IMG/VR virus record: IMGVR_UViG_3300042691_026427
Coordinates: 64,001-128,000 of that record
DNA from: a virus
DNA length: 64,000 bases
Direction: 5' to 3' (one strand)
Shown: positions 41,131 through 51,061 of the stretch, in pieces
Numbering within the stretch: the stretch's first letter is position 1
Layout: each line of letters starts with the position of its first letter
Notes under the pieces: generated by a model
Databases searched by the model: none
Seen by the model: the letters and a program-made list of their open reading frames with translations, nothing else
What the model was told of the DNA's origin: nothing
Position numbers and translations under genes: made by a program

Positions 41131-41349
41131 TCACTTTGATCTATATACTATACGACATTTTGTTAAGTCGTACGGGCTCATTTCTACCTTAACTCGGTCG
41201 CCTAACAAAATTTGGATTCTATTTTGTCGCATCTTTCCCGAGATGAACCCTAAAACTGCGGAACCTTGTTCCAATCTTACCCTGAACATTGCGTTAGGTA
41301 ATACTTCTTCTATTTTACCCTCTAGACTGATAACGTCTTCTTTTGCCAC
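41131..41349 (-). CDS. infA: Translation initiation factor IF-1
   Basis: MAKEDVI..EG...[11 protein letters not shown]....ISGKMR.N.I.IL.GD.V.VE.SPYDLTK.RI.YR; 72 aa. Confidence 0.95.
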   Translation of the reverse strand: MAKEDVISLEGKIEEVLPNAMFRVRLEQGSAVLGFISGKMRQNRIQILLGDRVKVEMSPYDLTKCRIVYRSK

Positions 41350-41351
41350 GA

Positions 41352-41594
41352 TTAAACACTTTCTCCTTTTAGTCCTTTGATGACCATTTCCTTAGCTCTC
41401 CTATCTAAATCGGCTACTTCAGCCGTGTGTATATTTACTGCCATTTGAGTCATGAAGTCTTTTATAGCAACCTGGCCTCGATCAGTAAAATAACAATACT
41501 CGGGCGATACTTCGCTACGATGATAGTATCGGCTGTCGCGAATCAGCTCGCAGAAGCCCCCGAACATTAAATTTTTAACAGCTTCTTTGTCCAT
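41352..41594 (-). CDS. Hypothetical protein
   Basis: Likely true start is MDKEAVKN at 41594, just after the ligase stop. The longer ORF overlaps the ligase. Confidence 0.6.
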   Translation of the reverse strand: MDKEAVKNLMFGGFCELIRDSRYYHRSEVSPEYCYFTDRGQVAIKDFMTQMAVNIHTAEVADLDRRAKEMVIKGLKGESV

Positions 41595-41595
41595 A

Positions 41596-42888
41596 TTATA
41601 GTTTTTCGCCTGCTGTAAAACCTCGGAATCGAAGAGCCCGTGGAAAGCGGAGGCTGTATACGTCTTCACTATCTTGGCTCCGAGTAATTGCATCTGCTCG
41701 CACTTCCAAGACTTGACCAATAACCTCATCGTTAATCTCGGCTCTCTGATCATCTGTCCAGCCAGAGCCAACGTTAACACGGATGAACTTGCCATCGTCC
41801 TCGCCTTCGCAGATAGCCGCGCCCATTTTGCCTTCATTTTTACCCGTTCCTGGCTCAATGCCCACAATAGTCAAACTTACTTCGATGAATGGCTTTTGTT
41901 TAAGCCAAGCCACATGTCGTTTGCAAACATAGGGAGCATCGACATCTTTAATCATAATGCCTTCGAATCCTGAATCGATAGCTTCCTTGTTGTACTGCTT
42001 GAATTGCATTTCGCCCACAGCCGTACCTAGATCAACTTCGATCTGAGGAATAATATCGATACTGCCAATTTTCTTAAAAATTTCAGTCATGCCTTTCAGC
42101 ATATTGGTTCGACGCTTTTGTCCAAGAATGCTTTTGCCTTTTTGGAATTCGCTGAGAGGAATGATGTCAAACAACATTAACACAGCATCGCTAGCTTCTA
42201 CATTGTCTTTTCGGTGTACCTGCTTCATCAGTGCTTGGAAGCTGGTGCTGACAATTTCACCGTCCAGCATAACACTGCGTCCAATTAGATCAATGTTTGC
42301 TTCAATAGCTTTGGTAATATGGCTGAAGTTTTCCAAAACTTTGCCGTTGCGACTGTATTGTGTAACAGTTCTTGTCTGCATGTCTACCAATGTAAGAACA
42401 CGAACTCCATCTAACTTAGGTTCAATAAGTTTCTTACCTGATACCTTGCTTTCGTGATTAGCACCATCGTGAGCCAACATGCATTCAAATACAGGTACAG
42501 CATTTTTCTTGATCTTGTTGATTGTCTTTTCGCTAACGCCGCAACGAAGATCCTTAATAAGGATACGACGATACCAATCATTCCATTGTTTTTGTTTACT
42601 TGCGCCCAAAGCTAGTTCAATAGCATCACGTGCGGCGTCGCCTGTAAGTTGTCGGGTACTTAACAAGTGGCAAAGCTCTTTGAATGCCGCCCAAGGTAGA
42701 CCCTGCCCATCTGGTCCGCTGTGGCTAGGGACCTTTTTAACACCGAATGTGATAAACGGGCTAAGTGCAAGTCGGAAGCCTTCGAACAATTCTGCATTGT
42801 CTTGCTCTGCTTCGATAATTGCTTCTTTGTTGAGACGACTGGGATGTTCTTCCAGACTGCGGATAACTGCATCGCAAGGAGTTGTCAT
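41596..42888 (-). CDS. ATP-dependent DNA ligase
   Basis: Motif I EPKLDGVR, LDGE, EGIMIK, WLKQK, and an OB domain ending SLRFPR. Confidence 0.95.
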   Translation of the reverse strand: MTTPCDAVIRSLEEHPSRLNKEAIIEAEQDNAELFEGFRLALSPFITFGVKKVPSHSGPDGQGLPWAAFKELCHLLSTRQLTGDAARDAIELALGASKQKQWNDWYRRILIKDLRCGVSEKTINKIKKNAVPVFECMLAHDGANHESKVSGKKLIEPKLDGVRVLTLVDMQTRTVTQYSRNGKVLENFSHITKAIEANIDLIGRSVMLDGEIVSTSFQALMKQVHRKDNVEASDAVLMLFDIIPLSEFQKGKSILGQKRRTNMLKGMTEIFKKIGSIDIIPQIEVDLGTAVGEMQFKQYNKEAIDSGFEGIMIKDVDAPYVCKRHVAWLKQKPFIEVSLTIVGIEPGTGKNEGKMGAAICEGEDDGKFIRVNVGSGWTDDQRAEINDEVIGQVLEVRADAITRSQDSEDVYSLRFPRALRFRGFTAGEKL

Positions 42889-42919
42889 GTGTGTTTCATT
42901 AGTGTGTTACTATAAGACA

Positions 42920-42948
42920 ATTATACAACATTTTGAGCAGTTTGTCAA
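42920..42948 (-). promoter_or_regulatory. Consensus sigma70 promoter upstream of the ligase
   Basis: Minus strand TTGACA-17 nt-TATAAT, a perfect consensus. Confidence 0.85.
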
Positions 42949-42951
42949 GCA

Positions 42952-43278
42952 TTATTTTACCGAAAAACTACTGCCGCAGCCACAGCTAGATTCAGCATTT
43001 GGATTTAGTATGTTAAAACTAGCACCTAAGAGGTCTTCTTTATAGTCTATTACCGCACCGGTCATATATTGCATACTCATTGCATCAACTAACAGAGTAA
43101 CACCATCTTTTTCCACAACAAAGTCATCCTCATTTTGTTGTTCGTCAAAGGTAAATCCATATTGAAATCCACTGCATCCACCGCCCTGCACAAATGATCT
43201 CAATTTCAAATTGGGATTATTTTCTTCAGCTAATAGACTGGTAATTTTATCAATTGCGTTGTCAGTTACTTGTATCAT
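42952..43278 (-). CDS. erpA: A-type Fe-S carrier, ErpA-like
   Basis: [21 protein letters not shown]...[14 protein letters not shown]. Confidence 0.85.
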   Translation of the reverse strand: MIQVTDNAIDKITSLLAEENNPNLKLRSFVQGGGCSGFQYGFTFDEQQNEDDFVVEKDGVTLLVDAMSMQYMTGAVIDYKEDLLGASFNILNPNAESSCGCGSSFSVK

Positions 43279-43595
43279 ATTCTAAAACTTTCACCGCATC
43301 CGCAGCGGTCGCGTTCATTTGGATTTTTAAAATCAAATCCTTCGTTAAGTCCATTCCGAACCCAATCAATTTCAACACCTTGAATATATGCACAGCTTTT
43401 AGGATCAACATATAGTTGGCAACCATACGACTCAAAGCATCGATCTTCCGGGTTTGGTTGATCCACATATTCTAACACATAGGCCAGTCCAGAACATCCA
43501 GTAGTTTTAACGCCTACTCGTAATCCTATACCTTTACCTCTTTTGGATAAGGTTGCTTTGACTTTTTTAGCAGCCTGTTCAGTTAGTGATATCAT
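43275..43595 (-). CDS. iscA: A-type Fe-S carrier IscA
   Basis: [30 protein letters not shown]...[14 protein letters not shown]; start at 43595. Confidence 0.9.
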   Translation of the reverse strand: MISLTEQAAKKVKATLSKRGKGIGLRVGVKTTGCSGLAYVLEYVDQPNPEDRCFESYGCQLYVDPKSCAYIQGVEIDWVRNGLNEGFDFKNPNERDRCGCGESFRI

Positions 43596-43962
43596 GTTTG
43601 TTTTTGTAATCAGCCACGGCTGCTTTGATAGCATCTTCTGCTAAAATGCTACAATGTATCTTAACTGGGGGTAGTGCTAGTTCTTCAGCAATCTCACTGT
43701 TCTTGATAGTGCCTGCTTGATCAAGTGTCATGCCTTTGACCATTTCTGTTATAAGACTGCTGCTGGCGATAGCACTGCCGCAGCCATAAGTTTTGAAGCG
43801 AGCATCAGTAATAATACCATCCTCAACTTTGATCTGTAGTTTCATTACATCACCGCAGGCAGGTGCGCCAACCATGCCAGTTCCTACTGTGTCGTCAATA
43901 TCAAATTTACCTACATTGCGAGGATTTTCATAGTGATCAATTACGGCGGCCGAATAAGACAT
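43579..43962 (-). CDS. iscU: Fe-S cluster scaffold IscU
   Basis: [52 protein letters not shown]. Confidence 0.95.
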   Translation of the reverse strand: MSYSAAVIDHYENPRNVGKFDIDDTVGTGMVGAPACGDVMKLQIKVEDGIITDARFKTYGCGSAIASSSLITEMVKGMTLDQAGTIKNSEIAEELALPPVKIHCSILAEDAIKAAVADYKNKHDITN

Positions 43963-44591
43963 ATAATTCCTCTAATTTAATGGAACATTTTGTTCCTTTA
44001 CTAACATTTACATTATACGGAATAAATTCCAAATTGTAAATACTTCCGATGACTTTAGGAGGAACTTTATTTTTAAATCCCTCTGTTATACTATACTTAT
44101 GATCTAAGTGGTAACCAAATCTACTTCTTTTTTCATGATACCCTAGCTGTGTTAAATCATTTTTGCTAGTCCAATAATAAACTTTCCTGCGGTATTTTTT
44201 AAATTCAATATATTCAGGATCGTCTGGTTTCCAAAAAAATACCTTTATCTATCTTAGTTTGAATCATTTTTTTAATAGACTCAGGTTTTACTTCTCTACC
44301 CGTTAATGCTATTGAACGTTTTCTATTAGATTCTTCTGTTTGACTTTTGCCAGCCATACCTTTTCTATTTAAATTAGCTAAACTATTTGTATTAGTTTGT
44401 CTTACACCAAACATAGGATTGTTTTCTCCTTGTTTAGCAAGGCTAGCTTTTTGTTTCCATGTTTCTGAACGATTATTTGCGGACCATCTTCTTGAACAAA
44501 TAGGACCACAAAATCGTCTTGCTTGTTCTTTTTTGCCAGTCTTTAGTAATATAAATTTATTGTTACAATGTTCGCAAATTTTTTCTAACAT
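43937..44591 (-). pseudogene. NUMOD3-HNH homing endonuclease interrupted by a frameshift in a T7 run
   Basis: The 5' frame has a Zn ribbon and GENNPMFG (NUMOD3-like). Removing one T at 44233-44239 continues into YHLDHKYSITEGF...NLEFIPYNVNVSKGTKCS, with a stop at 43937. Confidence 0.75.
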
Positions 44592-44651
44592 AATAGAAAC
44601 CTCGTTGTGTTCTATTATTTAGTCTGTTACGAAAATATGCCATATAGTTGA

Positions 44652-45062
44652 TTATGTCAGGTCAGCAATCATAAACTCTTCATCGAAATATTGACGAACA
44701 TCTGGAACCATTCCTTGACTTGTGTCAAATTGCCATTGCCCAATGACTTCTAGTATTTGATTGTAAATTGTCGAGTTGTCTGTGTATCTTACAAAATATG
44801 GATCATTGCCGTATAACAGATCAGCATCGTCCAAATAGTCAATAGGATCGCCACCAAAGTATTCCGATAACCAACGAGCGTAGCATATGCCTACCATGTA
44901 GCTTTTTGCAGGATAGATCCATCCGATATCTTTTTCAGTAAAATATCTTACAGCATTATTTGTTATGTCATCAGACAGCACAATTTCTTTGGTATTGAGA
45001 TCGTCATCAAACACTTGATTGATCCGATGATAAACTTCTTGTCGTATTTTCCATTCTTTCAT
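44652..45062 (-). CDS. Hypothetical protein, last gene of the radical SAM cluster
   Basis: 136 aa; overlaps the upstream rSAM gene. Confidence 0.7.
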   Translation of the reverse strand: MKEWKIRQEVYHRINQVFDDDLNTKEIVLSDDITNNAVRYFTEKDIGWIYPAKSYMVGICYARWLSEYFGGDPIDYLDDADLLYGNDPYFVRYTDNSTIYNQILEVIGQWQFDTSQGMVPDVRQYFDEEFMIADLT

Positions 45063-45972
45063 TTTTGTACCAGTTTATTAAATTGTAATAACCATTACAA
45101 CTATTGTCAAGATCCTTAACATACCTATAGTGCTCAGTTAAGCACCCGCCAAAGTAATCACAAGTGCGGCAAACATCACTGACATTAGCTTGTTTTTCTT
45201 TCTTAGTCCATTTAATGTAGTCATCAAATGAATCAAGTCCTAGAAAGTATTCTCTATCGTTAAGATCAAATTCAAGAACACCAAAGTTACCATTAGGAGT
45301 TATATAAACATGATCATCACTGAATGCATTTCGTTGCTTGTTTATCACATCTTCTATATAGTATTCATTAATAAATTCAAACTGTTTAGGTATTGAAGAT
45401 GCTATCCATTTTTTAACAAATTTTTCGTAATCAGCATGGCTAACATTGTAGCAGTTGGCCTGATTAATACTATAAGGTTTTATCTCAACACTTTCGACAC
45501 TTGAACATAAATTCATAGATTCAATTAACTCATCTACATTCATTTTCAATACTTCAGGACTTGCCAATACTAACACTGCAATAGGCACAGGACTCATTAA
45601 CATATTTTGATAAACTCGATCATGCTTTTCACGAGCTGACCAATCGTAACTAACACTTAGATAAAAGTCATCTTCGTAAAATCCCTCATGTAACATTGAA
45701 AAATTAGTAATAACATTAATCTTTCCTTGATAATGTTTACGAATAACATCACGCATTGCATAGAAGTAATCTTTTTTTAGAGCACCAATTTCACCGCCAT
45801 ATAAATCTATATGGCCTATCTCAGGTATTTGAGCCAATAGGCTATCTAACTTATCTAAGTCTATTTTATTAGTATCGGCAAGTTGCTGTTCAGTAAGATA
45901 ACAGAAGTCACATCTAAAATTACAAAAATAACTAGGATTGATCGAAACGGTAATAGGCTTATTCATGTTCAT
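45007..45972 (-). CDS. Radical SAM protein with C-terminal Cys cluster
   Basis: CNFRCDFC, YGGE, and C-terminal CRTCDYFGGC...C. Confidence 0.9.
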   Translation of the reverse strand: MNMNKPITVSINPSYFCNFRCDFCYLTEQQLADTNKIDLDKLDSLLAQIPEIGHIDLYGGEIGALKKDYFYAMRDVIRKHYQGKINVITNFSMLHEGFYEDDFYLSVSYDWSAREKHDRVYQNMLMSPVPIAVLVLASPEVLKMNVDELIESMNLCSSVESVEIKPYSINQANCYNVSHADYEKFVKKWIASSIPKQFEFINEYYIEDVINKQRNAFSDDHVYITPNGNFGVLEFDLNDREYFLGLDSFDDYIKWTKKEKQANVSDVCRTCDYFGGCLTEHYRYVKDLDNSCNGYYNLINWYKNERMENTTRSLSSDQSSV

Positions 45973-47029
45973 TTACATAAGGTGTAGGATCTACTTTTCC
46001 AGTCAATCCGTTTGCTTCAATTATGAGAGGCGCTAGAGTTTTCATCTTAACACAATGAGCTTCTACCATATTGTGGTCTTTTAGATCTTTGATTGTTTTC
46101 TTGCAACCGTTGCATATTTGAAACATAGGGCAAGTCCAACAGCTCTGTTTTAAACTTTGTAATTCAGGTTGAAACTGTAAGGGAAATACTTTCTCCCCTT
46201 TCATTTCTTCTTCAAAGTTTATATTGTAGATCCGGTCATCACCAAATGCTCCGCAACTGTAATAATCGCCTGTAGGCTGCAAGGTTCTTATACCACTATC
46301 GCACGATCTGTTCTGAGGACAACTTGTGGCATATCCGTTCAAACGATTTACCATTTGTTTTGTGTTAAATTCCCATTCAGTTAACCCTTGTTGCCAAATT
46401 TTTACATATATTTCGTATATGTCAGCTAACATGTATGGTCTACCTTCTTGTCCCATAGTAATATTTTTAAATTTAACTGGAGGGCCACTGCTAAATGCAT
46501 AATTGAGTTTACATTCAACATTCATTTCTTTTGCCAGCTCTACATTCTTAATTGCAAGATGTTGATTCTCTTCTGTAATTACTGTGATAAAATCAGGACG
46601 ATATCCTATGCGCTCTAGCATCATATTGCTGACTGCCCAAAAGTCCTCTTCGCTGAATTCTGTTAGGTCTCCCTTAAGACGGCCGCCGCCATATTGGAAA
46701 CTAGTTGTGACTCCTAGGCGAGGATGCTTAAACAGAGATTCCCACTTGGTAGGATTTTTATAAAATGGCCACAGATTACTTGTAAAACTGATAGTAGCTG
46801 TCGAGCCTATATTGTCTAAGTGTTCAATAAGTTTCCAATAATAATCTGGTGGCATCATTAAGGGGTCGCCGCCATTGACAATTATAGTTCGAGTTTCTGG
46901 AAATCTTTCTAAGAAACGAAAGATATATTCATGATCAAGCTCTGCAGACTTATCTTCAGTAATGTTCGTGCTAGAACAAAATGTGCATTTAAAATTGCAC
47001 CGTTCAGTTGGCTTGATTATTAGATCCAT
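45959..47029 (-). CDS. Radical SAM/SPASM protein
   Basis: KPTERCNFKCTFC, NGGDP; SPASM-like C..C...YYSC...CWTCPMFQICNGC...C. Confidence 0.9.
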   Translation of the reverse strand: MDLIIKPTERCNFKCTFCSSTNITEDKSAELDHEYIFRFLERFPETRTIIVNGGDPLMMPPDYYWKLIEHLDNIGSTATISFTSNLWPFYKNPTKWESLFKHPRLGVTTSFQYGGGRLKGDLTEFSEEDFWAVSNMMLERIGYRPDFITVITEENQHLAIKNVELAKEMNVECKLNYAFSSGPPVKFKNITMGQEGRPYMLADIYEIYVKIWQQGLTEWEFNTKQMVNRLNGYATSCPQNRSCDSGIRTLQPTGDYYSCGAFGDDRIYNINFEEEMKGEKVFPLQFQPELQSLKQSCWTCPMFQICNGCKKTIKDLKDHNMVEAHCVKMKTLAPLIIEANGLTGKVDPTPYVNEHE

Positions 47030-48674
47030 ATTCTACTATTTCTTCAAAGAGGTTATTATAGATTAACTGCTCGTTTGAATTTATAAATTCTTCGATTATT
47101 TCTAATCTATTTTTTCCATTTATTTTTGTTATATCCTTAGCAGCAGTTTCGTAATTTAGTGTATCTTTTACATCGTTGTATATCTCTTTAAAAGAACTAA
47201 TGTTATTCATAGCGGTCCAACAATATTCAAGAAATGTCCGAACATCTGGTAAAACATCTTTTAAGTTTTTCCAAAGTTTCCTGACTAATGTATCTGATGC
47301 AAAAGACATAATAAACATTTGAATGTTATCTTCTAATGTATAAGAGTTACAACTGGATATAGTTTTAAAATAATTTTTACGATTTTTATAAAGGCCGCTT
47401 GAAATAAAAGAAATTCCTTCTTCTACGGTTTGTGTGAAAACTTCTACTAATTTTATTTTATTTAAAGCACAATAAAGATCATCAGTAATTTCACTATCTG
47501 GTAGAGCCATATAATCATAAAAACAATATTGAATATTATTGTTTTCTAAACTATTGTATATCACTAACAGTTCATCATAAAAATCATCCAATGTTGAACC
47601 CGGCATTGCTCTTATAAATTCCATAAAAGGAGATGATGCTCCAAAATTTTTTTCGCAGTATTCAATTAATTGTATTTTATCTATCTTGTTTAAATCAACA
47701 CGTTTAGAAATCTTCATTGCATTATCACTTAAACTCTGAATACCTATATTAGGAACTATCGATTTTCTCCCGTTTGACGTATCTGTTCCTGTTATTTTGA
47801 AAATCTCATCAATTATCTTAATTTTTTTATCTAGATTTGTTGTTTTAAACAATGAAGAGTTTATAAATGACATTCCCAAGTCATATGCATATTTTAAGAA
47901 AAACAAGTCTCGTTCTAAGAATAATCCAAAGTTTGCATCAACATTATAAATTTGCTTATAACCTAATTTGTGCAGCACATCTATTTCTCTAATTACAATA
48001 TCTTCAGGTTTCTTTAACACCTTAGTTCCAATGCCGCCACCCCATTCACAATATGTACAATGAAATGGGCACCCTCTTGTAGTTTCTATTAATACGTGTG
48101 GAAATATTCCCTCAATATCGGCGTAGTCTTTTATCTTTTTTAAGTAATCGAAATTTTCTTCATATGCACAAACATTGGGAAATTGCCATTCTCGGCATTT
48201 AGTACTTCTTAATTCAAAACTAATATCTTCTATGTTAGGTATTCCGTTATTTTCAAAATAGGAATCTATAAAATCTTGCATGAATAGTTCGCCTGGTTTT
48301 GTTACCTGACAGAAATAATCATACATAGTTTTCTTTTTGAAGATATCTATATCTTTCTGCCCTATTTGCGGACCGCCCAACACATTAACTATATTAGGGT
48401 TAATATTCTTTGCCAATCTTGCAACTTCATCTATGATATCAGTATTCCAAATGTAAGAACTGTATAAAATTATGTCAGCAGTATTAACTTCTTCCCATAT
48501 TTCTTTACAACTTTGATATCTGTTATATTTGAATGGTGGCTCTAACCATTCAACTAAATCTTTGTATTTTCCAAAATTATCATAGTATGATTTCATCCAT
48601 ATCCAAGTCACTGGACTGAATAGCTCAGTGTCAATGCTAGGAGGATTTACAAAAGCTATTTTAATTTTTTTCAT
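47004..48674 (-). CDS. Cobalamin-binding-domain radical SAM protein (class B methyltransferase-like)
   Basis: N-terminal SSYIWN..VLGGPQ (B12-binding-like); ETTRGCPFHCTYCEWG; DANFG; GIQS. Confidence 0.8.
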   Translation of the reverse strand: MKKIKIAFVNPPSIDTELFSPVTWIWMKSYYDNFGKYKDLVEWLEPPFKYNRYQSCKEIWEEVNTADIILYSSYIWNTDIIDEVARLAKNINPNIVNVLGGPQIGQKDIDIFKKKTMYDYFCQVTKPGELFMQDFIDSYFENNGIPNIEDISFELRSTKCREWQFPNVCAYEENFDYLKKIKDYADIEGIFPHVLIETTRGCPFHCTYCEWGGGIGTKVLKKPEDIVIREIDVLHKLGYKQIYNVDANFGLFLERDLFFLKYAYDLGMSFINSSLFKTTNLDKKIKIIDEIFKITGTDTSNGRKSIVPNIGIQSLSDNAMKISKRVDLNKIDKIQLIEYCEKNFGASSPFMEFIRAMPGSTLDDFYDELLVIYNSLENNNIQYCFYDYMALPDSEITDDLYCALNKIKLVEVFTQTVEEGISFISSGLYKNRKNYFKTISSCNSYTLEDNIQMFIMSFASDTLVRKLWKNLKDVLPDVRTFLEYCWTAMNNISSFKEIYNDVKDTLNYETAAKDITKINGKNRLEIIEEFINSNEQLIYNNLFEEIVEYGSNNQAN

Positions 48675-49723
48675 TAGTTATATTTTAACACATTTTCTTC
48701 GTCGAGTCTATTAAAAAATTCTCTAAACAGACATTCGTCATTGCGTTCCAATTTTGCCCAATCAGCTTGCACAAAACATCTAAATGAGCAACGATCAAAC
48801 CATTTACATCCCAAGCATTTGTTGCGTTCAAGATGCGCTTCTATAATATTGCTGTTAGAAGAAAAATTAACCGGAGTTAGAAAATCTTCAGGCTCTGTCT
48901 TTACATAACGACAAGTTACTTCTCTACCTGACGGAAGTATAGTAGTCTTGTTCATCGAATAACAAGTCATCTTATTACGACTGTTTTCCAATAGATCTTT
49001 TACGGGATAAATGTTGGGATAATTCTTGGCAATATACATCATACAATCCAACATTTCCTGTTCACTAGGCATCATCTTATCTGCAGACAATTCTGGAACA
49101 TAATAATCAAAATACAATGTATATTTTTTATACAGTGTATCTATAAAAAATTTGTCTTGGTTGCGTAATATCTTTCTAATAGCCGGAGCAGTGAGTACAA
49201 ATCCAATAACAGTGATCCAATCTCCAAATATTTTTAAGTTATTTTCAAATTGTAATGATCTGTTTAAATTAAAACCTCTGCCTGCAAAGTCATAAGATGT
49301 CGAGATATATGCATTATTTCCCACAGCTCGCATACGAGTTATTAAGTCAATTACACGTTGACTCTTGTTGAATATCAAATTAGTTACCCAATTAAATCTA
49401 ACAATCTTGTTGTTGAGGTTAACCCAATCATTTATTTTTGAATAGAATTCCCAATAAGATTCAAATGTGTTATCTGGCACTAGATCATTAAAAATCTCTC
49501 CACCCATGACGTTTACAATATGGGAATCCTTATCAGATGCCGTCATGAAATCTATAACTTGCTGAGCCTTATCAACAATACTGTTAAGTTCCATTCCTTC
49601 TGTAGAATCGTGATCTTGTCCGCAAAATGCACAACTTAGATTGCAAAATTCAAATAGATGCAACTCGATTTCAGATGAATCGGGTACCTTATCTCTTAAT
49701 ACATGTTTTAGAAAATCACTCAT
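48674..49723 (-). CDS. Radical SAM protein with C-terminal Cys cluster
   Basis: CNLSCAFC, MGGE; C...C...CLGCKWFDRCSFRC...C. Confidence 0.9.
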   Translation of the reverse strand: MSDFLKHVLRDKVPDSSEIELHLFEFCNLSCAFCGQDHDSTEGMELNSIVDKAQQVIDFMTASDKDSHIVNVMGGEIFNDLVPDNTFESYWEFYSKINDWVNLNNKIVRFNWVTNLIFNKSQRVIDLITRMRAVGNNAYISTSYDFAGRGFNLNRSLQFENNLKIFGDWITVIGFVLTAPAIRKILRNQDKFFIDTLYKKYTLYFDYYVPELSADKMMPSEQEMLDCMMYIAKNYPNIYPVKDLLENSRNKMTCYSMNKTTILPSGREVTCRYVKTEPEDFLTPVNFSSNSNIIEAHLERNKCLGCKWFDRCSFRCFVQADWAKLERNDECLFREFFNRLDEENVLKYN

Positions 49724-50129
49724 ATATATGTTCCTGTGTCACGTTGTCTATATTAAAATCTTTTGATAATTCAAAACAATATTTAGGCGACGTCTTAACA
49801 TGGACCACTGCCAGTTTAAATTCATTCGACCATTTCTCTTCTTTATTCATAGACGACGTTAATATTTTAAACAACTCCTCCATAGAAGTTATTCCTAGTT
49901 CTTCTGTTAGATATAGAATATTATTATCTATTAATCTAAATTCCATTGTTAACGGATAGTAGTATCGACAATTGTACTCGTATATTACAATAACAGATAC
50001 AGGAAACAAGGCTTTCTTAAAATATGAATACTCTGTTACTGCTTTGGCATTATCTATAGCAGTAATAGTGCATGATATTTCTATGTCTGTATTTTTTCTA
50101 ATAAACACATCATCTGTAGATTGTAACAT
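49716..50129 (-). CDS. Hypothetical protein (rSAM cluster)
   Basis: 137 aa; overlaps both neighbours. Confidence 0.6.
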   Translation of the reverse strand: MLQSTDDVFIRKNTDIEISCTITAIDNAKAVTEYSYFKKALFPVSVIVIYEYNCRYYYPLTMEFRLIDNNILYLTEELGITSMEELFKILTSSMNKEEKWSNEFKLAVVHVKTSPKYCFELSKDFNIDNVTQEHIYE

Positions 50130-51061
50130 TATCTCACCTCAAACATTTTATATATAGCGTTTGGATTATCACTGTGTTTATATGCCCAATAGACTTTGCT
50201 CACAAACGTGCAGATTGCATTTTTGCCCAACGAATCTGATAGATAGGTAATCCTACAATCATTGCCTAGATCTCTATATAGTAGTTCTTCATATTGTTCT
50301 GCATATATAAGAGAAACAGGTTCTAAATAACTATCAACGCCAGCAGCATCTCTGTGAGCTATTGCATGATTATTAAATATTTTGATCATTTCTTTATAGT
50401 CAGGGAACAGTTTTCTTAATGCATGTTCGACATTAACATTGTTATGGTCAAAATCATAACCTAATATAAAATACCAGTCATTGTGATCTAGCATTTTTTT
50501 CGGAATATCAGAAAGTCGACTGGTTGAAAATTCTAAATCAGTTCCTGTAATATAATGAGCATTAAAAATGTCTCTCTTCATATCAGTTGCATACATTTGA
50601 AGTTCTTGAGATAACAATGACCAACAACAGAATTTAACGTATTCTAATAGTTTAGTTTTTCCCAAACCGCTTAATAGAAAGTTTGGTAATAAAAACTCGT
50701 AACCTAAATTGTCAATTGACAATTCTTCTAGACAAGAAATCTTATTATAATCTGTTTGGAAGATATCAACATATTTTTCTAAATTACTTTTTTCGTTATT
50801 CAAAGATAAATTTAAGAAGTATAACTCAAACAAATTGGTTAAGTTTTCTTTGCTGTTATCTTTTAATATATTTGAAAAAAAATCTCTAAAAATAGTTACA
50901 AACTGTTCTTCACTGCAATTAATCTTTATACTCTTTTCTTGGAATAATAATGTTTGCCAAAAAGCATCACTATTCTTTCCCAAAAGGTTGTCAGCAGATA
51001 TTGTTGAATCATAATCAGATTTACAACGTGTTAACCAAACATTGTTGAATAATCTTATCAT
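50129..51061 (-). CDS. Hypothetical protein, paralog of 56911..57963
   Basis: MIRLFNNVWL / YEFLLPNFL / LLYRD align with MFHLFKRAYL / FEYLLPDYL / LLHRD. Confidence 0.7.
   Translation of the reverse strand: MIRLFNNVWLTRCKSDYDSTISADNLLGKNSDAFWQTLLFQEKSIKINCSEEQFVTIFRDFFSNILKDNSKENLTNLFELYFLNLSLNNEKSNLEKYVDIFQTDYNKISCLEELSIDNLGYEFLLPNFLLSGLGKTKLLEYVKFCCWSLLSQELQMYATDMKRDIFNAHYITGTDLEFSTSRLSDIPKKMLDHNDWYFILGYDFDHNNVNVEHALRKLFPDYKEMIKIFNNHAIAHRDAAGVDSYLEPVSLIYAEQYEELLYRDLGNDCRITYLSDSLGKNAICTFVSKVYWAYKHSDNPNAIYKMFEVR

Noticed and set aside
41595-41867. N-terminal extension of the 171-aa ORF at 41352..41867
   Set aside because: It overlaps the ligase C-terminus in another frame; the ATG at 41594 is the more plausible start.
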